From positions 45,510,001 through 45,574,000 of the forward strand of contig NW_024704742.1 of NCBI RefSeq assembly GCF_018977255.1: a DNA stretch of 64,000 bases. The letters are read 5' to 3'. Made by a program: the position numbers and the translations under genes. Numbering within the stretch: position 1 is the first letter of the stretch; each line of letters opens with the position of its first letter. The notes beneath the pieces were generated by a model that saw nothing but the letters and a program-made list of their open reading frames with translations, was not told where the DNA came from and made no database searches. Positions 26,951-40,224 of the stretch are shown in pieces. The DNA comes from Callorhinchus milii (Eukaryota).

Positions 26951-28364
26951 ACTGTAAGATCAGCTGTTAATTCAGCAAAGGAAGTGAAGAGCAAACAATG
27001 AACCATAGCCGGAACAGAGAAGTGTACAGTCTAGACTTGTAATGATAGAGATTAGCTCTAGCTGATATTAGCTGATAATCAGGAATGAAGAGTGCAGTGT
27101 GCTTCACTATCACTATAGGAAAATCGACTCTCAATACCACTATAGTGCCGAGCTCATATTTAGATATTCTTGCGTTGGACCAATGATTATAAATTGAGCA
27201 TCAGCCACATGTATTAAGGAAAGGCAAGTCAGTGAAACTGATTAAACGGGAAAGATATCATAAATAAATGAAAGACAGGAATGTGAATTTTAAAAAAAAA
27301 CTAAAAGAATACAAAAGGGGCAAAGCAGAATAAAGCACATGAACAGAAGACTGAGAATGGTCAAATGAGAGATATGATAAAGGACAAACACATTAGATCC
27401 TTGGAGATTTCCACCAAAGGAGTTACTGGGAACATACCACACAACAACCAACATATGTGATGTGAGCTCAGGGCAGAGGCAGAGATTTTAGATAAGCTCA
27501 AGGGGCTTTAAACCAATACATTCCCAGGATGGATGAACTATACTCAGGGTACTGATAGAGACAATGGAGAACATGTTTGAAGTGCTGTCAAAGAAACCAT
27601 TATATCTTCCCTTACATTATTGCCGGCTGTTAGCAAACCAAGCAAAGATGTTACACAAATAAACAAAGATATAAACATGCCCAAATTGACAATAAACATT
27701 TTAAGAATGTAAATAATTGTAGACTTACGATAATCAGTCAAATCATTTTTCCAATGCGAGTCTGTGGAACTGCAGCAAGTCTTTAAAGTTTGAGGTTTGC
27801 ATTCTCTTACAATACAATACAAATAAAAAATGTACATTTATATACAGCCTTTCTCGTTGGGAGAAAGTCCCAATGTACTGGACAGTCTAGGGTTTACACC
27901 CGAGCTGGGGGTGTGGGGGCTGAGGGGATTGGGAAGGTGAAACTCTTACAAACACTGGTGAAAGATATCCTAGGTACATCTTTTTACACAAGAGTGGCAA
28001 AGCAGTATCCACCAGTGTCGAAGTCTCTGAATTTTGAAGTCACTAACATGCGAAGACTCTTTTAGCCTAAGTAGAGATAGTCACCATGAGCAGGAAGCAG
28101 GTGAGCCTACAAGATAATTTGTATTTATATTCTTGGTGAGCTTCAGGTTGTATGCATCATTATGTATCTGACAAAAAGGTTGTGGCTTCCTCAAAGCTGT
28201 CTGGAGCCATTCCACCTGCAGTTTATTGCTCCCTGCCACTTTAATGGCAGGTTGCCCATTTTGAGTTCTATTGCTGAAAACAGCCAGCAGCTCCTTGTAG
28301 TTGGTGAAAGTACAGTTGTTTTGAGCACCAGGGAATAACACAGGAGTAGTTGAGGAGAAAGCAG

Positions 28365-28676
28365 TGGAGTCCTGTAGCTCAGTGGTTAGAGCACTCGCCT
28401 TGCAAGCGAGAGACACTTGGGTTCAATTTCAGGCAGGGTGAAAACTTGGGCAAGTTTCCTTACTCCACATGCCTAATAATAATCCCTCCAAAACAAAACA
28501 ATAATAAATTGGTCATTTTCAATCCACTGGGTACACTGCTGTGCGCAATTGACTGCCGCGTTTCGCCCACAAATATACGGACAATTCACTTTACAGTGTA
28601 TTCTGTGAACCGCTTTGAGACGTCGAGAAGACGTGAAAAGCGCTACAACAAATGTAAGGATTATTATTATTATTAT
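28365..28676 (+). mobile_element. Young tRNA-derived SINE, full length, short subfamily
   Basis: GGAGTCCTGTAGCTCAGTGGTTAGAGCACTCGCCTTGCAAGCGAG...aaatgtaaggattattattattatt. Confidence 0.9.
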
Positions 28677-29749
28677 TCGAAGCACTGTGGGTTCTCACAG
28701 ATGAATTGGGAGGTTACATTATCAGCAAAAATAAAGTGAGTTTCAAGAGGAAAGTTGACACCGATTGTTGATCAGCCAAGAGATGTTGGTGTACATTCAT
28801 TTCATTTGACAGATCAACATGGGGTTCTGACCTGCTCATAAGATCCAAACTCCTTTCTAAAGTATTTCACATCAAGGCCACCACATCTAGAAATATGGTT
28901 TGGGAAGCTTGTCGTTCAGACATTTCCAGGAACTGCTTTTGTGTCAAAGCGGATGGGTCAGTAGCAGATGGAGCTGGTCTTTCTCAAAGTAGGTTCTTTT
29001 TTTTTAATAAAAGGTCTTTTTATAGACGTTGTGAGTTTGAAGAAAGAATAGCATTCGCCTTAGATTGTCAAGGTCTGGGAATTCTGAACTGGTGTCCTAC
29101 AGTGCAATATAGTATGAATTGTTGAGTTAAGTGACTTTCTTATCAACAGTAGCCAGGCCACTTAGCTTTACCTCCCAACAAACCTATCACTTCTCAAACC
29201 GAGTAGAAAAAATGTGGGATGGCACTCTTTGTGAAATAGAGGTCTGGGCAGAAAAGATCTGAAAAGAGAACTGACTTTTTTTGTCTTAAGACAGAGAAAT
29301 TTATGGGTAAAAGCAGAAATTGGTGGAAAGAATGTTTTATATAAAGGAACATGTTCTCCGATGAACCTGATTTTCAAACTGCAATGTTAGTGCCTTCTAT
29401 GACATACTTGAGCCAATAGTTAACAGCCACAAATTAACAATGGCCTTAAGCAATCTAAAACAAAGAAATTCACAGAATAAATTTACGCTGGTCCACAGCT
29501 CACATGTTTTTGAAAGACAGTTACATTTTAATAGTATACATTTTTTTAACTCTGGAAAAAACACCTGCAGAATTTTGCGAGCATTATTGGATAAATTGAG
29601 CTGTTTTGCTCCTCAATTTTGTCATTAACTCTATAAATACTTGGAGAGAATTTTGGGCGTATGGTGTCTAGCCAACAGCAGAACCATTCCACTAATAACA
29701 GTAGGATGAATAAACAATGTAACGTACCTTAGTGAATTCGGAAGGGGAA

Positions 29750-29945
29750 GAAATATTGACTGGGACACTGTGAAAACTGCACATGCCTTTTCTAAATAGT
29801 ATGACGGGATCTTTAAAATCTATCCCAAACTCCAGCCATATAGGATTTTGGTTTAAGTCACATTGAAAAGACGGCAAACCTAACAATGCAGCACTCTCTC
29901 AGCACTGCACTTTGAAAGTCAGCCTAGATTAGGATTCAAATCCTG
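29750..29945 (-). mobile_element. Deu-domain SINE fragment
   Basis: gggatctttaaaatc...aaagacggca...caatgcagcactctctcagcactgcact. Confidence 0.55.
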
Positions 29946-30017
29946 ATGTTGAGCTCGAAGCGAGAAGTGTACTAAAGGGATGCCACTCGGCAGTGCTGCC
30001 TGCTCATGCTCACAGAG

Positions 30018-30410
30018 AAACAACAAAAACAACTTGCATTTACATAGCGTCCTTCAGGCAGGGTAGCGTCTTGGAGATTTTAACAGAGGCAGAGCCTGAC
30101 ATCAAGTCGGGAGAGGGAGAAGGTGACCATAAGCACAGTCGAGGAGGAAGATCTTCAGGTGTGATCTGAAAAAGGGAGAGGAGGGAACAAATTGGAGGGA
30201 TTAAGAAAGAGAGTTTCAAAATTTCTGGGCATATTGGCGGAAAGCAGGGCCGCTGATGGTGGAGCATAGACGGCAGGGGCATGTAGAAGCCCAGAGCCAG
30301 CCAGCTGAGCAGAGGCAGCAGATGGTGGAGTGGAGAGTAAGCAAGTCGGAATGGTAGGGAGGTGCCAGGGGGTGAAAGCATTTGTAGATGAGTGTGAAAA
30401 TCTTAAAAGA
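30018..30410 (-). mobile_element. L2 LINE 3' end
   Basis: aacaacttgcatttacatagcg tail; cgctgatggtggag...ggaggtgccagggggtgaaagc; homologous to 46800-47230. Confidence 0.7.
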
Positions 30411-32389
30411 AACCCAGACACTTTGAATGTTTTCCCCATCATTAAAATAACATTCGAGTGTGATCACCAACATTTGTCATTATCGAGTCAGCCAAATGTT
30501 AACATTTCAAGCTTTAGAAAGCTGCAGTCACTTAGTCAAATCAGACATGAAGTCTTCTTTTATTTAAAATTATATCAAAGGCATAACATCACTATGAATT
30601 GTTTCTGCTTGTCAGTTTATATTATTCATATACTGAAGATTCACTTCCCAGTAAAAGCTGAGATAATTTGTTATGGATGATTTTCTGAACTTGCACCAAT
30701 TATGAGGCACTTCATCATATTTTCAATGTCTTTAAATTAACTTGCCCACCCGCTCCCATTCTTTGACAATCAAGCAAACAATATTGAGGCCCTGGATAGA
30801 AAGAGTCAATGTTAGCAGCAGGTGGTCTGTAAAATCTGTCGAGTTTCATGCAAATTGAAAACGATCTTAACAAGCAGTGATTTGTAGGTTCTCAGACAGA
30901 AAGGTGCACTGATCGGAAAAGAAAGTTTAACCTGAGCAATAGTGCAGTGCCTCGAATGAATGTTATTAATTGAGGTGCAAAACTCACTAGGTCAGTCCTC
31001 TGAAACTAACGCGTTGATGAATTGATGTGTTACTCGAGAAACATTCTTTGGGATGATCTGAATTAGAAGCATTTCTTGCACTGAAGTGCTAGCAAATCTA
31101 AGGGGCACCGCTAGATTCCAAGTGAATCAGATATAGTTCATAGTGGAAAATGAACACATAACTAAATGTCCTATGAAAAATGGAACATTAAAAAAATGTC
31201 ATATTGAAATCTCCCATTATGCTAACAATTTCTGTTCTTTCTACTGAATATGGAAGTATATAGTGCAGAAATTCTGCATTCTGGATACATTCGGAGGGAT
31301 GTAAGCTGGCTTCTGCACGTGTGTAGAGTTGAACACAGATGCATCTAATTCCCCATCGATGTAGAGCTGTGCCAATATTCCAATTTTTCTGACCATCTGA
31401 TTGTTATTGTATTCTGATCCCAGCCTTCATTATAATGTAATCAGACTTTTTCTTTTGTAAAAATATGTTTCACTCTTTAGTGCATGAGGTCATGTAAAAT
31501 TATGGATGTCAGTTTGACCCAACAACACCGACACATTCCCTCATAAACCCTCACACCCACCCCCTATTAAGCAGGTGTTTATTTTTTGTATCTTCTATTT
31601 TGAAATGGAAATGCCAATCCTTCAATTTTCAATTGCTCTTTCATGCTGATGCAAAACTAATTAGCTACAATGAGTTTAAGGGATTTTGAACTCTAAAACC
31701 AATCTCATGTTGTCACACTGCTTTCAGTGCAGTTCAAACCAACTCTGTGGCTGCATTGTCAGCACTGCACTGGAGTCTTTGTCAGAGTGATTGGACTCGT
31801 GGAATGCTGGTCTAACTGAGCTGTGGTGTTGAGTTATGACAGTGTCCCACTAACTGGCACCCCACTGCTGGGATCTGCAGGTGTGTGAAGTCAAATTGCC
31901 TCCATTGGCAGCTTTGAGCCCAACTAGTGAAGAGGTCAATTTTCAACATATTAATTCCAATGGAAGTATATCTCAAATTGAATATTGCCTCCAATGTGGA
32001 GAATAATCTATAAAACTCAGAGAAAGATGTACTCTGATTAAATTGTTTAAGCCGCACAAGTCTCAAATAAACCCTACAAGTGATTCTTGTATTTGTCTAT
32101 ATGAATCTAGAGTCACCTGAAAATGGATAACACTGCAATCTCTGACTGATCAATAGCATCTACTCAGGACAATGGCCATTGATTCATGTCTGCAACCTGG
32201 AATTCAAAAGAATGTGTGTGGAACCTTATAACTCCTTTTTTTTAAAGTGCAATTTCTTACAATGTTAGGATTTAGTGAAGTGCTTCAGCTTTTAATCCAA
32301 ACTACAAATATAACTCCAGATATTTAAACTGTTGTGAAACATTTCCCTTCTTAGAATAATTCCAATCTGCTCACCCCAGATATTAAATG

Positions 32390-32620
32390 ATAGGAGCAGA
32401 GAAAAACTATTTAGCCCAATATTCTATCTTCCTGATACTTCAGCATATCCCTCTCTTAATTTTATTTTTCCTCCACAAAAATATGGAAATACATTTATGT
32501 TATATGCTTCAATAGTCTTTCCCGGTAACATATTTTGTGTGCCTATTTCCATCTGCCTGGATTCGCTATTTACTCTAATTGCCTGATCTTTAAATGATAT
32601 CCCCTCATCTTTGCACCCTT
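32390..32620 (-). mobile_element. Very decayed CR1 3' fragment
   Basis: Weak similarity to the CR1 tail at 57303-57600. Confidence 0.3.
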
Positions 32621-33649
32621 TCTCAGTGTGATGTGGTCACATGTGAGTGAATGTCTTAATGTCAGTTTCATCACTGAGTCGTATGTTGCTGAACAAACAG
32701 TTTACCAAACGCATGCATTTAAGAAATGCTTAAACAAATATATGAATTTAATTGTTTCTGAAAGCAAAATCTAGTTTAAAATAACATTTTCTGTGTTTTC
32801 CAAACACAATATTTCTCTGCATTTCTTTGCTTTACAATCAAAGGCCTTGCAAGTGAATAAGGTTGAAATACAGCACTTTGTGGTCTTTGACCTAGAAGGT
32901 TAGAAGGCAACTGGATTGGAGTTCACCACAGTACAGCAGTGTTTTCTCTAAGGAGATGCTGACTGTAGGTTTATACGAAAACCAATACTCCTAAGAGAAA
33001 ATAATGTATTGCTGTATGTTGAAACCACAACCAGAACACATCCTTACCCACTGATGTTGCTTTACCCTTCCACCCTACTGGGTACTAATAAGGCACTTAG
33101 CTCTTGTTGAATGTTGCCCCAAATCCCTGTTGAATAGTGTCAAACCATTCAGTTTCTACTTCTTACTCCAGTGACTTTTCCGACGGACTACTTAGCCTCA
33201 GGTGCCATTTTCTCCCCGATGATTCCTTGTAGATTCCGAGTCAGCGAGACACTTCTGAGAGTTGAATTGACCGGATCTTATGACAAGAGTCAAAATGTTA
33301 TTGAACTGTACTGCCTAAGCATGGATTTTAAAGTGAATTATAGAGCTTGCTCTTTGATTTTATTGAGGGCAGCAAGGCCATCCATACATGCTAATTCAGA
33401 GTTCTTCAAATACATTGCAATGGGTTAAAGGGACATTACCGTCGCAGTGATGAGTTTTCAAGAAGCTTAGCTCCTGGGTTGGCTAAGGGAAACCACTTGA
33501 GAGCACATTATGTACAGGCGCCAGAGTTTCTTTCACTGTAGACTCTTTCAATATGCTTTTTTTCCCCCATTTTTATCTTAATAAAACCAGAAAAAATAAT
33601 GAAATAGCTGTCTGACAATGCCATCAAATGTCATCATTTCATTTATGCA

Positions 33650-34000
33650 GTGAAAAGCTGAGCTTCACAGATTAGAAAGTTCCTCAGATCAATCCCCTGT
33701 CTGTGCTGCTAACTGATCTCAGCTGGGGTGGCAGCTGGGAAGCTACAACATGGCCTCAGTGTTATTTAGGTAGGGAAAAATCCTATCTGGGCATAACTCT
33801 GTTGGTTGAGCCTCTGATGTGGGAGCAGAAGGTTCTGAGTTTGAATCAGAGTGGGTGCATTCACTCCTTCACCCAGATTGATATAATGAGTAAGGATTAG
33901 TTGCGGTTGTGATGCACCAGTGGCTGGATATTATCCCGACATTCATTGTCATTCTTCACATGTGAATAGCGGCCAATTGGGCGCGATAATAGGGACAATG
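33650..34000 (+). mobile_element. Ancient SINE, AmnSINE2-like
   Basis: tctgtgctgctaactgatctcagctggggtggcag...ggcctcagtg...agggaaaaatc...gtgatgc...cacatgtgaatagcggcca; resembles the recalled AmnSINE2-type consensus. Confidence 0.45.
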
Positions 34001-34059
34001 AGCTTTTTAGTCGTACACTAGTTTAAGGAAAAGAAAGGTGTTGAACTGCCTGCAGAGGG

Positions 34060-34350
34060 GAAGCTATAGAGGTGTACGAAATGTCAAATGGAATCAGAAA
34101 CGTAAACCTATAACGATACTTTTGGATGCATCAAGACAGTAGAAAAAAGGGACATAGATTTAGAGTTGGAAAGGGCAATTTCAATTTTAGGAAGTTTTTC
34201 TTTGTTCAGAGATAATTAACAACCTGAATATGTTACCAGGAAGAATGCTTGGGCACATTTAAAACGCTGCTTGCTGCTGTGATGGGAGGATGGTATTCTG
34301 GAGGCATGAGATCAGGCTGATGGCCTTCTTCATCCAAACGGACCTTGTGA
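34060..34350 (+). mobile_element. Decayed CR1 3' end
   Basis: atagaggtgtacgaaatg...agggacatagatttagag...gatggccttcttcatcc. Confidence 0.55.
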
Positions 34351-36167
34351 TCTTTAGGAGAAAACCTATCACACAAATTAAAAGGCCCTGTGTCTCCCTA
34401 AGCTACAATGCAAACAAAAATTATAGGGGTGCAAAGTGTGGTGTTCCTAAGTGCGTAGTTCATTATCAATTAGTCAGAAATGAAGTTGAAACCTGGTCTT
34501 ATAACATATCCTTAACAACAGGAGTGAACCCATTCCTCCCCAAATTCTGTTGAAAATTCATCCATTTGTTCTGAGGATACCATGACTGCACCAGTTGGGG
34601 GCTGGAACTTTAGTAATGCTGCATGTGAGCAAGCCACAATTTGGTGTCTGCAAATAGCAACCTCTTGGGGTGCATAAATATATGGACCAGTGCATCTCAG
34701 TTAAATTTAACATGTGAAAAAAAAAGGTTAAGACAGCAAAATATGATTCATTCAATATTACTGGCGTCAGAGCTTTTTACATTTAAACACTTAACCCCTC
34801 ACCACTGTGGTCGCAGAGACCATATTCTTCAAGATCATGTTCTTTTTTAATACTGATGTCCTGCAGCTAGAATGTGCTCCTGTTATTTTGCTCACAATTC
34901 AAAATTCACACTCCAGTTCAGTGCAGGTGGTAGGGGGATTGGGAGGTTGCTGTTGGAGGTGCTGTCCATTTTATAAGAACTTACTGTACTGGCCTGCCTC
35001 CTAGGAATGTTCTGTTTAAGCCTGACTGGAATGTTTTTAAAGGATAAGTGAATCACACTGTGAAACGCTGCCACAAATAGACAAATAAGCAAGTGGTTAG
35101 CTAGAAGAATTAAACACATAAAGCGGACTGGAAGAAACTAGCATGAAACATCTGGGTGCTCCCATAACATTTTTTAAAAACAAATCCTACATTATTCTTG
35201 CATTAATTTCAGCAATCAACAGGGCTTTGAGCGAAAACCCATCTTCCTGGCTTTATGGCACAAAAATCATCCTCGCATTCAATATAGAGCCTTTCATGGA
35301 ATGCTTTGGTCTGAATTCTGATTTCAAACTTTTCTGTCCATCTTGGATTCACAAATACTTTTCAATCCCAAGCTAGTGTTTGGATAGTGTTGAATTAATT
35401 AAGTATCCTATTTGTAGCTACGCTCAATCGCCAACTCTGCAATGAGGAACAACAAATGGAGAACTGAAGTCTTTGGGCATAAACAATGTACTGAAGCCAA
35501 GGGGAGTGGGGAATAATTATCACCAATGATAATTATAAAATAAAGTTGACTTTCTCTCCCCTGTGTACAACTGTGATTACTTCTCATCAGGTAGAGAAAA
35601 CAGTCAGTGAATTATTTTTGTTGTATTAAGCATGAAAGGGACATGTTTTTTTCCAATGCAATTATGTGTTTTGACATCATTGCATTGAAAAAAAATCACT
35701 GTGTTGAGTGTTTGGCAAATAAAGTGGGCTTTCTGTGGATCATTGTCCTTTAACGGGAATTTGCTGAAAAAAGAATCTGTTCTGTTTACTGCATGAGTTT
35801 CTATTGAAGGTTGGTAATGTCATTATTTCTTCAGTTATTATATGAAGAAAACAAGGCAGATACTGGTCAGAAAATTGTTGACATAACTCTGTGAACATCA
35901 TGGTGCAGAAAGAAAAAATCTTTTACGGTGTTCAGAGAAACAGAATCGTACCTGTGGGAATTGGTACTTCAAATTGAAATATTTTACACTCCTATCATAT
36001 TGTAGGTTTTATAGCATTAGGAAACAGTAATCATACGCTCTGTCAGCAGTTAAAATAGCAACTACTTTCTGAACATTCAACGCCTTGAAACCTAAAAAAA
36101 AGTACAAAGTTTATCAAAATAGCTACTATATTCTAACTTGCATTGCTGTCACGTAAAATACCAAAAC

Positions 36168-36202
<35 letters not shown>

Positions 36203-36700
36203 ATGCATTTGGTGTAGCGCCTTTCATGTCAGGAGGAAGCCTCTAAGTATTTCAGAGATTTATTGTGAAGTGGAGTGACTGTGTATTTTTAGGTGGATGG
36301 TGCAATCCATTTGTGCACAACAATGTCCTACAAACAGTCATGAAGTAAATGACCAATTGTTTTATTTTATGAATTGTTGGCCAGGGCACTGGGAGAAACT
36401 CCCTTCTCTTTTCAAATAGTTCCATGGGATCTTTAAAATCCAGTTCTGACGAAGGGTCATGGAACCGAAACGTTGACTCATTTTCCTTTCTCCATAGAAG
36501 CTGCCTGACCTTCTGAGTTTTCCCAGCTCTCTCTGCTTTTGCTTTGGTTTACCATCTCATCCGAAGGACAGTACCTTCAACAATGTAACACACACCAGCA
36601 CACACGGCACGAGAGTGTCAAGTTAGACTATGTGAGTTCAGAGACGTGGGACTTGGACACCCTTCAGACTCAGAAGCTAGAGTGCTACCGTATGACCCAG
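36168..36700 (-). mobile_element. Deu-domain SINE with an (AAT)11 tail, interrupted by a Penelope-type insert
   Basis: Tail at 36168-36220; ccatgggatctttaaaatcc; resumes at catctcatccgaagga; head cttcagactcagaag. Confidence 0.75.
36441..36545 (+). mobile_element. Penelope-like element terminal fragment carrying a minimal hammerhead motif
   Basis: cagttCTGACGAagggtcatggaaccGAAACGTTgactc...gctgcctgaccttctgagttttcccagc. Confidence 0.65.
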
Positions 36701-37551
36701 GTTGATGCACAAATTTATCAAAATAACTGGTATATTCCACCTTGCTTTTCTGCATATAAAATATGGAAATAGCCCATGCCCCACTGAGATACGAACCATA
36801 TATTTGCACCCATAAACTTCCTGGTGACATGCTGAACAGTGTTTATACAGTCCTTTATACATGGAGCAAATAAGGACACAATGGTGGAATTGCTCCCCCT
36901 CCTACAGCTGATTTCCAAGCGGAGAACTGTTGACCGCAGATATGGCTCCCAAAGAAGAAGCAGCATAGACCCACCCTGCAGTTACCTGCACAAATGGGTG
37001 AAATCTGTTGCTGCATCAGTTTACCAGTGGAATGATGCTAAAATAAATCAACAACAATAACAAATTACATTTGTATGGCGTCTTTCAAGTCGGGAGGACG
37101 TCCCAAGGCACTGGAAATCCTGCATCCTCTGCCATAGAAGCAACTCAGATAGTCTCATCAGTTGTGTACTTTTACATAACGTTAATATTGATGCATTTTC
37201 TAAGCCTAAAGTTATGCAGTAACAGCATTTTGGTGAAGTTACATCCATTATGCCCATTATTTAGTGTATAATGCAGTAAAATATCTTGATCTGTTAAATT
37301 GTTCGTGTGAGTAGTTGTTTTAGTGAAAGGTGTACATTTCAGTATTTTACTTCTGACGCTGCTATGAATTGTCTGCCCATTTGCAGTCATCTCCTTCTAA
37401 TGTCAATATGGCTTGAGTATCGAAAATTCAATGGATATTATTATCAATTGAATTAGCTGACAATTTGTTCTGTGAAACTTCAGCTAAATGGCAGTGACCA
37501 ACTTAGTAGGAGATGAAAGGAAATTAAATTCAGTGCCAGATCAGAACTAAT

Positions 37552-37955
37552 AATCATCCTGGCATATAGGACTTTCATGTCAGCAGGATATCTCAAAGAG
37601 CTTCTCAGGACACAATAAAGTGTACTGACAGTGTATTTTGTAGACAGAGTCCCAAAGAGAGGCTGTCTGACTTGGAGTTGAGAGTGCTACCGATTGAGCC
37701 AGGCTGACACCTAAATACATTAACAACGTTATTCCAAATGCTAGAACAAATTGTAAAATTAAGAATATTTGTACCAACTGTACAAATCTGTGTTCTGGGC
37801 ACAATAATTGTGGCTTTGGTCATCTTCCCACCACCACCCCCTTTTCCTCCACCCCTCAACTCCAGCCCTCAGCTCAGGTGCAACCCTTGGCTGTCCAGCG
37901 CTTTGGGACATCCTCCCGATGCGAAAGGCACTATATAAATGAATTTGTTATTGTT
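37552..37955. mobile_element. SINE tail and Deu-SINE head (-, 37552-37712) and an L2 tail (+, 37830-37955)
   Basis: gagagtgctaccgattgagccaggctgacacc; cagcgctttgggacatcctcccgatgcgaaaggcactatataaatg. Confidence 0.6.
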
Positions 37956-38139
37956 TAATAGATAGAATAATTTATTACTCCAGTTCAGTAAATGGTAAAC
38001 ACATACTGTATTTCAATTCGTTACCATGTAATAATGAAGTTGAAACAGTAACATTGATTGTTAATACCATACCTTGTCCAAACAAATATTTCACAAATTA
38101 TTTTGCTCAATCAAAGACTAAGACATGTGATTCAGAGGA

Positions 38140-38260
38140 ATAATAATAACAATAATAATTCTTACATTTGATATATCACCTTTCATGTCAGGAGTTAAAT
38201 TGTTCCACAGGATATACTGTAAAGTGTAGTGACAGTGTATTTTGTTGGCAAATGTGCCCT
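38140..38260 (-). mobile_element. SINE 3' fragment
   Basis: aataataattcttacatttgatatatc...ggatatactgtaaagtg. Confidence 0.6.
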
Positions 38261-39419
38261 ATTGTGGCCTGAAATGTTTATATGTTTTGCTTTCTTTGTG
38301 CTGAAGGCAATTTCTAAACAGGAGCAAAAGAGATGATGGAGTTGATGGCATATATTAAAGCAAGGAGTTGATGGCATATATTATTTTCTAATGTAATATA
38401 TATTGATATCAAAGCATTACATTAGTATATTTACGCACACACCCTCTTTGTATGTACAATTATATTTGTAACTACAATTTCACAAGTGGCTGAAACCGTA
38501 CCTCAAAATCATGTAATTTTTCCACAAATTGTGCGAGTAATTTAGATCGTACAAATGTCCTTTTCCGATGAAACGTGCCACAAAGTGAGAAGCATGACTG
38601 TCACTTTTATTTGCTGTTATCCTGTTATGGGACTCAAGGTGACCATAGGTGATTATCAAACATTAAAATTGTTGGCACTCTTCGCATGTCCCAAACACTG
38701 GATGATTATTTTATTTCATTCAGCAAATCTGGCTCACAGATGCCACATAACATTGCTGATGTGCAAAGTAAAGCCATTATTGGCATTGACAGGATTTCAG
38801 GCCCTGGGGCCATGGTACTGCTTTAGCACTGTTAAGTTGCTGTTTAGCTGCTGCAAGCCTTAGGTACATGGAAAGATGCTGACTCTTTCAAACAAAGAGC
38901 AAATATTACAGTAATAGCAAAGGAATCCCAAATCCACTTTTAAGGCCACACAAATAATCATTTTTCTGCATATAACATCTTCATGGTGGTGCTTTTTTTG
39001 TCCTCAGTGCAATGTAATGTTTCATGGGATATAATTTGGAAATCAAACATAAAATAATAATTGCTGACTATGGTGAACAGTATACAGAGGAATGTCTGAT
39101 CAGACCACTGCAGTTAAATCAACGTTTCAACTGATTAGATTTAATCAATAAAATGCTTATATTACTTTCAATTAAAATTCAATTCAATTTACAGAAGCAT
39201 ATGGTCAGTAAAGAGTTTCTGAAATGCAATTTAATCTGAATGGTTTCCTGTGTTACTAAAATATTGCAGTTTTTTNAATGAAATTTCATCTCAAGAAAAC
39301 GATGAAATGAAAATATGGATATTACTTTTATGGAGTTCATATTCCTGAAGAGCTGAGCAATGTATCGCTGATTTAAAAAAAAACTACTTTCCTCTGGCTT
39401 TAAACCCAATTAAAGTAAC

Positions 39420-39762
39420 AAGATTCCTGTAGCTTATTGGTTAGAGCACTCGCCTCACAAGTGAGAGAACCTTGATTCAATTCTGGCCAGGGCGAAACAT
39501 TGGGCAAAACTTACCTAGCAGTAAGTAGGAACCCGCTTGTTAATCAATAAGTGGATTGCTTTTCTGGCAGGAATAATCCCTTCCACAAAAAATAATAATA
39601 ATTTGGTCACTTAATCCACCACTGTTTGTGGGACACTGCTATGCACAATTGGCTGCCGCGTTTAGTCCACAGAACACACAGTCAATCCACTTTACAGTAT
39701 GTTCTGTGAAGCGCTTTGAGACATCTCAAAGACATGTCAAGGCGCTATAAAAAATGCAAGGA
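39420..39762 (+). mobile_element. tRNA-derived SINE, long subfamily
   Basis: tcctgtagcttattggttagagcactcgcc...aaatgcaagg. Confidence 0.85.
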
Positions 39763-40224
39763 ACACTAAAAGAGTCACTTTACTCCAGGTTTCTTTTTGC
39801 TCAGTTTGGAAACTGTAATAAATTGTTACTTCGGTTCGGGATCTTCGGGGAGTAGAAACTGAAACTGAATACAAGTTTAGTTTAACAAGCAGCAGAAGTT
39901 TTGATTCTCACACAATTCTTAGGCCACATAGTGATTCAAGGACTGATGGGCTGACAGTTTTGAAAAGTTCTGTTATCTATCATTGCCAGCAAACAGCAAC
40001 ACGCATTGCAGTTAAATCGGGATATGGAGATAGATTTCAAAGTTGGAAATGCTTCGCAACAGTAAGAATCCGTTTCCACAAAAATCATCTCCTTGCTGCC
40101 CATCTTTTCTTTACCAGTACATACACAGACAAAATTATACATGTTTTCAACACATACTTTGAATTTGGTAAGAAATATTTTCACCATTATTTCATTTCAT
40201 ATTTGACTTTGAACTCACCTAACC

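Noticed and set aside
28365..28440. tRNA-like sequences at SINE 5' ends
   Set aside because: They are SINE heads with no intact acceptor stem and continue into the SINE body; not tRNA genes.
31710..31790. Inverted repeat ttcagtgcagt / actgcactgga
   Set aside because: Short, and one arm is a common Deu-SINE motif.
38338..38383. 20-bp direct repeat (also a 16-bp-period repeat at 19330-19360)
   Set aside because: Small local slippage duplications with no sign of function.
39276..39276. Single ambiguous base n
   Set aside because: Assembly ambiguity next to a T run.
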